Shown in pieces: positions 24,801 to 36,411 of a stretch of DNA of 64,000 nt (positions are counted from its first letter, which is position 1; each line of letters begins with the position of its first letter). This DNA comes from Lingula anatina (taxonomy: Eukaryota; Animalia; Brachiopoda): assembly GCA_051362555.1 (NCBI GenBank), contig CM120640.1:68488788-68552787 (forward strand). Reading direction: 5' to 3'. Below the pieces are notes generated by a model that was not told the DNA's origin, did not search any database, and saw only the letters and a list, made by a program, of their open reading frames with translations. A program made the translations under genes and the position numbers.

Positions 24801-27800
24801 ATCATTTACTGTGTGCTTAAAGATGCATTTGAAGTAAAAATTTTTCCCCAAAAAATTGCAGAAGGTGCAGTTTTAAAGCTCTTTTATGGCAGATCTAGTG
24901 ATTAATTTGGTTGCTCTTTTGACATGTAGATTTTATTTGAATAGTATGAGAAACTAGTGGAAGTGGTTTAAAAGCGTTACTGCAAAACCATGCTCGTTTT
25001 ATATTTATCTTTTAAGTCATTAGGGAAAATTACTTAAAAAATAGTGTCATATTTTTTCAGCACCTATATTTATTTGCTTGTTTATTGTGTTAAAAGTCAC
25101 TCCTGATTATTGGTAGATCCTTCAGTGCTCGAAGAAACTGATGCCTCATTTGCTGGAACTGGCAGAAATGTTGAAAGTGGTCAAGGTTTAAAGAGCAGGC
25201 ACAGAAGAACTCTATCCACTGTACCCACCACAACAAATTCAGTTGAATTTCTGAGGTAATACTATATTTGAACCTTAGGAATTAATTATCTTTCAGTTGA
25301 TAATTCTCTGAATCTCATATTATAATTTTTTCAAACTTAATCCCAAGTGGAAGTGTTTCAGAAATCTCTCTTCCTTAAATAATTGACATTTGATTAATGG
25401 GTTTCATATTTAGTTTTATGAAATGAATACTTAGTACAGTGAAATTCAACATGACTTGTATCAAAATCATTGTTTCCTTGTACTTCAGTCCAATACTACA
25501 GCGTCAGACCAATCTAAGAGAAGAAGTAGTCCAGAGACTTGAATCACTGGGACAGAATATTTTGGAAAGAATAAACACTCCCAGAAAAAGGAAATCAGAA
25601 GTTGCTAGCCACATAGCATGCAAGAAACAGCATGTGGGCAGCCCAGCAGTGGAGGCTCTTTCCCAGTGCAGAATGGCACTCAGCAGGCTACAAGCAGAAA
25701 CTGAAGAGAGGGTGAAAGAGAATATAATGTACTGTGGAGGTTAGTGCCTTAATAAACCAGACTGAGTCAAATTTATCTTTGAACATTGCCTTTGTTGTAT
25801 TTCATTCATATTAAAATATTACTACACTTAATAAAGTGGAAAAAACGATTCTTTGTATCAAATACCATTAGAAGGTATTGAGCACCTGTATTGTGATCTT
25901 ATGGTGGAGTTTTGTCTTTCAGATAGATGTGATTTGCCAGACTCCAAAAATGCCAATCTTACCAATCTTGAAAATGCAAGTGCCATATTGAACAGGAAAC
26001 GAGAAAATAAAGAATCTGAGCAATCTCGAAGGCATTGTAAGTCTACTTTTTTAATCAAATTAAAACCAGTAGGTGAATGTTTCTGTGTAATACACCTGTT
26101 CATGAAACATTTAATGTCAGATTTACAAATCATTATGCAGCATTTGATGGTGCAGTATTTGTTTTCAGATGCAGATGTGTTGCACATTTTGAATAAAGGC
26201 AGTTTAAATCAACTGCTGACTCTTCAGACTGTGGGGGCTAAAAGAGCCAAATGTATACACTCGTGGAGGGAGAAACATGGAGAATTTCAAAATGTGAGTT
26301 TGAAGGTTGTTTTATAATTATCATTTACAGTGATTGCGAAAGCCGTCGGACCACGGCCATATGCCGGCAAAAATTCTGTGGGCTGGAAAACCCTTATAAC
26401 TCATCGGCCCACATGACCGACGGACTAAAGTTGATTTCTTTTACAGACACCGACTCATATCTGAATTTATCGTAAAGCTCTGAGTACGCACTAGGCGCAA
26501 GTAAAAATTTAACCTGCGCCATACTGGAGCGTACAAATACATGTAGCAAACACTATTTTTTGTAATAAAGATCTTCATACATTATGATGTCGCTCGAAGT
26601 GCGCATAGAGATGCCGTGAGGGCTGACATGTGACCCGTTTCACAAAAAAATTATCGAAACTGAAACAACTACAGGTCAATGAAAAACGTACTGCCCATGA
26701 CACTGAAAACAGGCCGCTCAAACTGCTTACGACAGGCCGCGCACGGACCTCTGAGAACACCTAACTACATGTGCTGGGTAAACAAATATGGCTTCCGTCG
26801 CACCGCATGTTGAGTAACCGATAAGTGAAAAAGAGAAATATTCATTTGCTTTTTAGATGGGTGCTCTTAACTAATTTTAATGGATATTTTAAGTAATATT
26901 GCATCTTTAGCGGCGCTATATGTCAAAATGAGGGACAACATCATTTTCAGTGCGGAAAATTTGCAATGTCACAGTCAGGATGCAAAACTGTCTATTAATT
27001 CATCTAAACGAACTAGCTTAGCCTTAGATATTGAATAAAAATTATTTTCAGACTCTGGCCCGTTGCCATGAATTGTTCAATTACAAAAATTAGTTCGAAA
27101 GAATGTCCCCTTTTGCTGACAAAAGGTTCACCCTTGGTAAAATTTGATCTAGGTACATGACGTTTTTATGGAAAAAAGACACCCCCCCCCCTTTTAAAAT
27201 TGCCGACTACGGGCCTGCTATGAGAGCAATGGCTTTTTTTTACAATAAGAATGGGAATTGTCTACCTTTTCCATGTAGTGCAATTATTTATTCTGAAAGA
27301 TTTTTCCATTAAGTACAATTTTTTGGACAGTACAATTGTTAATTTTGGAAGATTTTTCCATACACTACAATTATTTAGGACTTCAGAGTAGAAGCATCAA
27401 GTTTTTTATTGTTTTTAATCATATAAAAATATTGAAATATAATGAATTTTCTCTAAATAATTCACGGCACACATTTTTTAAAAATGGCCCAATTTCTTTT
27501 TTTACCAAGTGGGCCAAAATGGCCCAACCAGATTTTGACCCAGGACGATCCCTGCTAACAGACAAGCATTTTTCCAATAGTGAAAATCTAAAAAAAGTTA
27601 GAAAAGTTGGAAGCTCCACTTTACTATGACTTATATTTTAATTTTAGGCAAAAATTGGAATAGAAATTTACAAAGGATACATGATCTTGTGTTAAAAGAT
27701 TAGAAATTAAGATAAGCAACCCAGATGTAAAAAGGATAAAACTTAAATGCCAGAAAGCATCCAAAATGAAGGATGTTTAAACTTAAACCTTAAATATTCT

Positions 27801-28740
27801 ATTATATCTGGCCTGAAAATTGAAAAAGCACCAATTTACAATGCCAGGCAATAACATTCATCAAAAATGAAGTGAAAATATACAGCTTGATTATTTTATT
27901 GTGGGCCGGTAAAAAAAGGTGTGGGCTGACAAAATTTAATTTGCTCCAGCCCACATGTCTGGTAAGTGTTCAATCTCTTTCGCAACCACTGCATTTATAC
28001 ATATATTTTTTAGGAAGGTTTTTTGCAGAAGGGAAAATGTGTGCTGCCAAAGTTCTTGTTAATAGCTTTTAGAGTTATATATGTAAACTGCTTCTGACTA
28101 TGAAATTCAAAATTTCTGAAAATGTACATATATATATCAAATGATCTTTGGTGTATACAACTATCTCAAAAGTAACAAGAAATGAAGAGCAACAGCTGCC
28201 TAAATAAGATCGATTTATGTGTATTGTCAAATAGAAATGACCAAATTTTCTGAGTCATGTAAAGAATATCTAACCAGTTTGATGTTTTCCAAAAAAGAAA
28301 ACCTCTTTTCGTTTCCAACAGAGGATCATTCATAAAATGAGCATTTATAAAATTTTTATTTCATTTCTATTTCATTATGTCAAATTCTGCAGGTGGATGA
28401 ACTGAGAAAAATAACAGGCTTGACAAGAAAGTATGTGGACAGATTTATGGAGGTAAAAGATACTAAAGCACTTATGAATTGGGAGAAAGTCTGTAATGAT
28501 TGACTTGCCACCATCACTTGCAAATGGAAATCTGCGTCGGATCTTTTCACTGATTTGATGTTGAGAGTGGTAAACATGTAGAAAGCTGACAATTCTGTCA
28601 TTTGACACCATTTAATATGGTTTTGATTACTCCTGTAATTCTAGCATTTTAATCTTTAGTTTGTAACATAAGCCATTTTCTATTGAAATTTTTCTTTATT
28701 CCAGAGCAATTTTCTTCCCCAAAAAGTTGTAAGTGTGTGA
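21871..28740 (+). CDS. KIF22: Kinesin-10 family chromokinesin KIF22/KID-like, ~14 exons
   Basis: N-terminal motor domain: RLRP, P-loop AYGPTGAGKTYTM, SYFEIYNEK, NATSSRSH, LIDLAGSE, ESGAINKSL, PYRSSKLTRILQDSLGG. C-terminal helix-hairpin-helix: ILNKGSLNQLLTLQTVGAKRAKCIHSWREKHGEFQN|VDEL. Approximate exons: 21871-22016, 22545-22672, 22857-23005, 23277-23422, 23553-23725, 23897-23972, 24099-24144, 24484-24631, 25117-25255, 25489-25739, 25923-26036, 26169-26293, 28393-28452, 28705-28740. Confidence 0.9.
26328..27991. mobile_element. Non-autonomous DNA transposon (hAT-like termini) in a KIF22 intron
   Basis: 15-bp TIR cagtgattgcgaaag / ctttcgcaaccactg (14/15 match), flanked by a direct cattta. A possible nested MITE remnant lies at 27054-27217 (ends ctacgggcctg). 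Confidence 0.75.
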
Positions 28741-30191
28741 TCATGCCATAGTTGGACAATGAGAGGGACCTTTGTGAAGAGTTTCCCAGTTTAGGAAGAG
28801 AAATCTCAGATGAAACCTCTAGCATTAGTATGCATGTAGGGACAGTTGAAATTCTTCCTCTTGCATAAATATGATGCTATTAAATTATTTTGCTGTTATG
28901 TCCAGGGATGAAAAACATCTAGGAGAGAATATCAAAATGCCCTTGCCTCTGCAGGGTCATATCACAAACTCAAATACAGAACATTGCCAATAAAAGGGCT
29001 ACAAACAGAAGGAGAACTATATTATGGTATAACCCACCTTAAAGTAAAATGTATAAACAAATGTTGGTAAAATATTTGTACAACTTATAAGAATTCACTT
29101 TCTGGTAGGCTCAGAGTTATGTAAAATCTTCATTAAAAACAATGTTAATGTGAGCTTTAGTTGCATAGACTAAATGTCATGGGATTGTCAAAGCAAAGAC
29201 CAATAGCATCATCAACAGAAGTAAAGCAAAAGTTAAAGAGAATGATAAAACCTGTAGAAACCTTTTCCTGACATATGATGATCCCTTTGCACCTCCCCTG
29301 GCCTTTAGGACTGGTGAAGATTATATAATTTGAATTTGCTGCAACCATTGGCTTTACTGGGCATATTATGGTGAGTGCACAGTTGATGTGGCACAATTTT
29401 TTTTTTTTTAATCGTGATATCTGTTGCGTTAAATTTGTATGCTCCTACTGTGACTGACATTTTGCAAGGATAGTTATAATCATGTTATATTTATCCTTAG
29501 GAAGTTGATTTTCTGTAAATTGATAATTATAAATTAAATTAAATTTTTTTGTGGATTTTTTTATTTGGGAAAATGTACCCATAGACAGTAATTTTTGAGT
29601 GGCATTTATTCAATATACATTTTTGTAGCAATTGAAACATTCATTGATATACTGATGGTATAAAGTTATCAGTTTAAGCCAGCAATGCTTGCTTGAAATT
29701 AAACAAAGAGCCTAGTTTCTAAATTAGAATCTGTAAGGTGGGTTTTAAGTATCTCAAAGTCCAGTTTGTGAAAGGTGTAAATTTTGCTTTGTTGCCAAGA
29801 AATTATGCCACAAATTGTAGAAATTCAATTATTGATTTAATGACTGATGAAAACACAACACCATTTAAATTATATACATTAGATTGTTTCTCAAAGTAAA
29901 TGCCACTTCATATAAGGTTTTTTCCTGAGATCTGTTCATAACTTTACATGTTAAGTGAGTGAAAGATGTACAAAACAATGTCATAAAACTGGCAGTCTAA
30001 AATACATGCACAAATTACCGATTTGTTTTCATATGTGCTAAATCAAGAATTCAATCAGTGCAATAAACAACCCAACATTTGTATCACATCACTCTCTATG
30101 TAAAAGTTCATTCCAGATTTTAAGTTCCTGTGCATGAAAAAGCTGAAAAGTTCAGTGTCTTGAGAGGCCTTGTAATCAGAAGCATGGTATG

Positions 30192-33100
30192 TTACTGCTG
30201 TAAACCTGAAAAGAGACAAAAGATCTGTGTAAGAAACATCCCAAAGCTTTATTTAATCTTTTTAGCCAAAGGTTTTCTTTTGAACAAAAGAAAAAATTCA
30301 CAATATTCCACATATCTTATTAACATGCTTGAACACCATGGAAAAAAATCAACCCTCTATCTTACCATACTGTGTCCTGCATGATTTGAGTGCCTCAAGG
30401 AACCCACTGCACAGGGAGACATCACTGTATTGGTTGGAGCAATCCAAGAAGCGCTGGAGTTCATATCCACATGCATTCTGTTGCTGTTCTGGTTGGCCGT
30501 ACTGCTGTGGTGCTGCAGGTTGCTGCTGCTCGGCAGACCCGCCTCCCATACCTCCAGTCATAGCAGCACCTATGGTGTGACCCTGAACGAGAATGACGAC
30601 TTTTTTAAAAATTTATCCTGACAGCAATCTTGTAAAAGCTTGAAGTGCCTGCTTTAGTTTTTAATTTAATTTTTTTTTTTGACTTGTGCATGTAAGAATT
30701 GTATTAAACTTTACCTTACTAAATTATATAATTTTCATTTTGTGGTTTGATACAGCTGACGGCCATGCATGTTTACAACATGACACTACAGTAACAATGA
30801 TGTGTTGTAACTACAACATACTGTTTACATGAATTTCTCTTCTTATCACCTGATTATCACTACTGAGATAACATAACAGACTTCAAACAACCCAAGCATT
30901 AACTAGAGGATCAGAGAGGCGATACCGCCTCCGAATATTGTACCACCAGCTGGAGCAAGCGCATTCGTATAGACCCCCACATACACAAAATAAGGGACAC
31001 AGCCACCAGTTTTGTGCTTGACAAGCTGTAAAAATGCAATCAACAAGAATTTTTAAACTATTGCAAAAAATATATATGGTACAATCAAATTTAAGTTCTT
31101 CGTAAGGTAGGTCAAGGGTCAATTTCAAGGTCACAGTAAATTGCCAGTATATGACTTCCTATTCAAGTTCAAGAGTAACTATGGACCTATCTCTGTCAAG
31201 TTTGAAGTTAAAAGAGAAAGAAATTAGCAGAGTTCAGTTCATGATAAAAAGTAGGTCAAAGGTCAATTTCAAGGTCACATTTAGATTGCCAGTATATGAC
31301 TTTCTATTCAAGTTCAATAGTAACTATGGACCTATCTCTGCCAGTTTTGGAGATAAAAGGGAAGAAAAATTTGCAAAGTTCAGTTTATGGTGAAAAGTAG
31401 GACAAAGGTCAATTTTAATGTCACATTTATAATGCCAGTATATGACTTCTATTCAAGTTCAATAGTAACTACGGACCTATCTCAGCCAGTTTTGGAGATA
31501 AAAGGAAAGCAAAATTTGCAAAATTCAGTTTATGGTGTAAAGTAGGTCAAAGGTCAATTTTAAGGTCACATTTGGATTGCCAGTATATGACTTCCTTTTC
31601 AAGTTCAATAGTAACTATGGACCTATCTCTGCCAGTTTTGGAGATAAAAGGAGAGCAAAATTTGCAAAGTTCAGTTCATGGTGAAAAGTAGGTCAAAGGT
31701 CAATTTCAAGGTCACATTTAGATTGCCAGTATATGACTTCCTATTCAAGTTCAATAGTAACTATGGACCTATCTCAGCCAGTTTTGGAGATAATAGGGAA
31801 GCAAAATTTGCAAAATTCAGTTCATGGTGAAAAGTAGGTTAAAGGTCAATTTCAAGGTCACATTTAGATTGCCAGTATATGACTTCCTATTCAAGTTCAA
31901 TAGTAACTATGGACCTATCTCTGCCAGTTTTGGAGATAAAAGGAAAGCAAAATTTGCAAAGTTCAGTTCATGGTGAAAAGTAGGTCAAAGGTCAATTTCA
32001 AGGTCACATTTAGATTGCCAGTATATGACTTCCTATTCAAGTTCAATAGTAACTATGGACCTATCTCAGCCAGTTTTGGAGATAATAGGGAAGCAAAATT
32101 TGCAAAATTCAGTTCATGGTGAAAAGTAGGTTAAAGGTCAATTTCAAGGTCACATTTAGATTGCCAGTATATGACTTCCTATTCAAGTTCAATAGTAACT
32201 ATGGACCTATCTCTGCCAGTTTTGGAGATAAAAGGGAAGCAAAATTTGCAAAGTTCAGTTTATGGTGAAAAGTAGGTCAAAGGTCAATTTTGAGGTCACA
32301 TTTAGATTGCCAGTATATGACATCCTATTCAAGTTCAATTGTAACTACGAACTTATCTCAGCCAGTTTTGGAGATAAAAGGAAAGCAAAATTTGCAAAAT
32401 TCAGTTCATGGTGTAAAGTAGGTCAAAGGTCAATTTTAAGGTCACATTTTGATTGCCAATATATGACTTCCTTTTCAAGTTCAATAGTAACTATGGACCT
32501 ATCTCTGCCAGTTTTGGAGATAAAATGGAAGCAAATTTTGCAAAATTCAGTTTATGGTGAAAAGTAGGTCAAAGGTCAATTTTAAGGTCACATTTAGATT
32601 GCCAGTATATGACTTCCTATTCAAGTTCAATAGTAACTATGGACCTATATCTGCCAGTTTTGGAGATAAAAGGGAAGAAAAATTTGCAAAGTTCAGTTCA
32701 TGGTGAAAAGTAGGTCAAAGGTCACTTTCAAGGTCATAGTAAGATTGCCAGTATATGACTTCCTATTCAACTTCAATAGTAACTATGGACCTATCTCTGC
32801 CAGTTTTGGAGATAAAAGGGAAGAAAAATTTGCAAAGTTCAGTTCATGGTGAAAAGTAGGTCAAAGGTCACTTTCAAGGTCATAGTAAGATTGCCAGTAT
32901 ATGACTTCCTATTCAACTTCAATAGTAACTATGGACCTATCTCTGCCAGTTTTGGAGATATAAGGGACTAAATGTTATAATTTTGGAGTTACCATAATGT
33001 GCCTTAAATTTCGTGCAGAAAAAATTAATTAAAATAAAGAAAATGTCATTTTGGTCAAAATTCTTGAAATAGGAGGTGCTGTGAAGTTTCAGAAGTTCAA

Positions 33101-35675
33101 ATTTGATGAAATAATGTCATTTTTGAACACAAGTTGTCTGCTTTGCCAAGCCTTATGTTTTATTTTTCCAGAGTTCAAAATTTATTATCCATTACCGTAC
33201 TGCACATTTTGCTTTTACCACCAATATGTACTTTTTGATACAGCGTAACTCGAAAACCGTATGGAATACAAAAAAAACGAGACCACCTCCAGTGTTGGGC
33301 TTTACATGCTCTACAAAATGCAAAAAAGAATGGGTCTCTAGCATTAACGGTTCCCGAATTAGAGACAGTTTTCAGTTTCGGTATCTTATGGCCGCTACTC
33401 CCGTGAAAATGCACCGATTGACCCCAAATTCATGGAGATGAAAGATGACCTGAAGGGTAACACCTTCCAATAATATTATTGGTTAAGTCTGTGTGGTGTC
33501 TGAATAACAGGGCAAAAAAAAAATTTTTTCGTAAAAAATTTCATTTTTTTGAAAATTTTGGCCCATTTGACCTTGAAGTAAAGGTCAAAGGTCAAATCCA
33601 AGGGTATATTTGAAATCTACACATATGACTTTTGGAAAGCCGTCTATAGAAATTTTTCCCATTACTCCTTCCGTAGGGTAGATAATTAGCATTTAATTTT
33701 GCCATTTTTAGACAAGGGTGCATTGCAAAGAGTGCCACACCCAGACCCCAATACCGACAAAGCCCAAATTTTACGTGGAACGAGTTGAGATTATAGGTGA
33801 CCTAAATCCATGAGATGGGTACGGGGGCCCTTACCGTCTAGGAGGAGAAGCGGTAACGGTAGCCGTCCGGCGGAGCCAACGGAGCCGGCGGAACGATCCG
33901 GACGGGACCGAAACCATGTGTACCGCCAGCGCTAACGCTGGTGGTACAATAAAGTCTGTTTGACTGAACTGGAACCCTTACCACTGCTGAACCCACAGCC
34001 ACTCCCGCAGCAGTTGTTGCCATTTGAGCAAACAGGCCAGGCTGCTTGGGCTGCTGAGGTGCTGGCGGGGCAGCTGGCCTGGGTGCAGGGACAGACCTGG
34101 AACATGAATGATAATACTCAATTATAAAACAAATAAACTACTAGCTTGCAGTTTATATGTGGCATGTCGTTTTCATTTATTACTATATTATTTCATTTTA
34201 TTAATTTTTTTATCTTTTTTTATTTTTTATTTTCAGACAGCCTTCGACAAGCCTTCATTTTGAACACATAAATCTGAGCTGTGACCTCTGATTGGGGGGG
34301 GGGGGGGGAAGCCTTTGGAGCTCCACAAGGGGGGGGGGGGGTCAATCTTGTATAATTTCCAAGTTCAAACCAATATTATGATGACAAAATTTACTTGCTT
34401 TATACTCCGCATTCATGAAAAAGGCACCATACCTCAGAATTTTAAGGTAAATACTTCTTTCTGTTCAATACAAAGATTGGGGCAAGACAGCAGGTTTTAT
34501 GCTGTCATTATGCATTTTAAATATTTTGTATATCTGCCTCAGACGTTTTTAATGTGGACATATATTTTTAATATTACATGTAAGTTCATGACATGAAGTC
34601 TACAGATAGAGTACCCCAAACCTAATATGAAATTGATCCCAATTTTATATCAGTGTAGCTAGTTAATCACAATCCGCTAGGGGCGCTACAGTCGTAACTA
34701 TCCACGGGCAGTGAAGTGTAAAACTGAAGTCGGCCTGCTGACAGTTCGCCTATGGAACCCCTTTTTTAAATCTCTCTTTTAGCGCCGCGTAAAAAAACTA
34801 ATACAAGCCATTAACTAAATAAGTTGTAAATCAAAGAGTAAAATCCAGTCACGTGATTTTCCCATGTTTTCTGTCTTTGACAAGTTTCGGTTCTGCTTGT
34901 TTTAAGTTTTGCCTCTACAAAATGCTAAAAAATTTCAGGCAAGTGCTGGTATCATCTTTTTGAAATTTATATCCAGCAAAGTTTATGAAATTTGCTATAT
35001 TATGTAGAAAAATCATGAAATTTGAAGGTTGCGAAGTATAGTTAATTTAATCCGCAATATTACATGATGTGAAAATTATCACAGGGAAATAGCTTTGCCC
35101 TGATTAGTCACAGGCTATGTGAGCCAGACAATAGGCTGAGCACACAAAGACACACAGGGTGCTCTGCTGCGCCTGAGTGATCACTGCTGGTCAGTGGGCA
35201 CAGGTTTTGAGCTGAGAAGTGTGGACACTTTTGGTGGATTTTTGCAGTTAAAAAACTTCAATATCTTTGTTGCTTGTAGGAATATTTAAAAAATTCCAAA
35301 TGATTTCATCCGGTTTTTGCATTACCTTTCAGATGATATAAGTATTTTAATTTTCTGATCAGTTTGAAAATTTTTCTGATATACCTAGTGTAGCAGACAC
35401 AGACTTGATAAAAGCAAACAGGCATCTTTTCTTCCAAAGAAAATTAGAAGTGTCGATGAAGCATAAAAAAGTGAAATACATGTGTTGGTAAAAGTTTACG
35501 ACAAAAATTCTCGCGTTTTTTTATTTGTTCTAATTTCAATGTCAACGCTTATGCAACCGCGGCTAGATTTGCAAACAAAAATTATCTAACGTTTTGATCG
35601 CCTGGGTCTTTAAATTTACCTTACTGGCGCAGGTCGTGCTGGAGCTTTCATTCCTCCTCCCCCTCTACGTGGCAT
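30192..35675 (-). CDS. CHCHD2: Mitochondrial twin CX9C protein CHCHD2/CHCHD10
   Basis: Four exons (35675-35620, ~34096-33982, ~30582-30366, ~30205-30192): [76 protein letters not shown]. Invertebrates typically have a single CHCHD2/10 co-orthologue. Confidence 0.93.
30901..33953 (-). mobile_element. Non-autonomous Helentron/DINE-1-like (HINE) element, family B
   Basis: Palindrome tgtaccgccagcg-ctaa-cgctggtggtaca (33919-33948), adjacent ACGG-rich microsatellite, central 146-bp array, 15-bp sub-terminal IR tattgtaccaccagc (30936-30950 versus 33937-33951), stem-loop gaggcg-atac-cgcctc (30916-30931) and a CTAGTT end on the minus strand. Confidence 0.8.
31107..32965. repeat. 146-bp tandem repeat, ~13 units
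   Basis: Unit starts (gtagg..) at 31107, 31251, 31397, 31542, 31688, 31834, 31980, 32126, 32272, 32418, 32564, 32710 and 32856. Confidence 0.96.
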
Positions 35676-35679
35676 ATTG

Positions 35680-35900
35680 TTCGATTTTAGATATTTTTTT
35701 CAAAAAAAATAGTAAGTGCGTCGGATCGGATGGCGTCACGTTTTCTAGAAATTAAATAAAAATATACTCTAGGTGGCGCAGTGTGGCGAAGACGCACTAG
35801 TCCGACATCAAACGCATTTCCGCTAGCGCATTTGAACGTGTACACAATACGTACGGTGTATGTAAACAAAAGCAGTGCTTGCAAGAACAACAGTGTGGCC
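35680..35900. promoter_or_regulatory. Probable bidirectional promoter region for CHCHD2 and LRRC74
   Basis: CpG-rich stretch directly upstream of the CHCHD2 ATG, between the divergent genes. Confidence 0.5.
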
Positions 35901-36411
35901 TTATTGTTTTCTGTGTTTACATAGGTTTTTGAAGAGTGCCACAGCCAGTGTAATAAGGTGAAAAATTCTATTGACATTATAAATCAGCTCATAAGATTTT
36001 GTGAAAAGGATTTGTAGTATGTCTCCAACCTACCTTAGCAACATAAACAACTGATCAATGCAGTAGTACCCTAATTAAATCAAGCGTAAAATTGATTGAA
36101 TTTATTGTATGAATGAAACATATGTGAGGTTTACATAACTATTGAAATTAAATATAACAATATCAAAATTATAAACAGCAAAGGACATGGCTCAGTTGGT
36201 TTTAGAACCTCCTTTGATTGAGCAAGGGGCACTGAAGTCTTCAACTTAACAGTTACTTGACACTGACACAGTGACAGAAACCCACATGCTGAGCTCACAC
36301 CACACCAGATCATGGACTCACTTCAATGTGGATAGCCATAAGCCTTTGGAGAGATTTTAATTTTTAAAGATTTCTTTGAATAATTTGAGTAGAAATATCT
36401 TAATTCTCAAC

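Noticed and set aside
31107-32965. CRISPR-like or coding interpretation of the regular array (ORFs 31151-31393, 32262-32567)
   Set aside because: The units are contiguous with no unique spacers, the context is eukaryotic with no cas genes, and the ORFs are chance read-throughs of the repeat.
34590-35410. Possible transposon in CHCHD2 intron 1 with a CTCF-like motif (ccgctaggggcgc)
   Set aside because: I could not define termini or a TSD, and a lone motif is insufficient.
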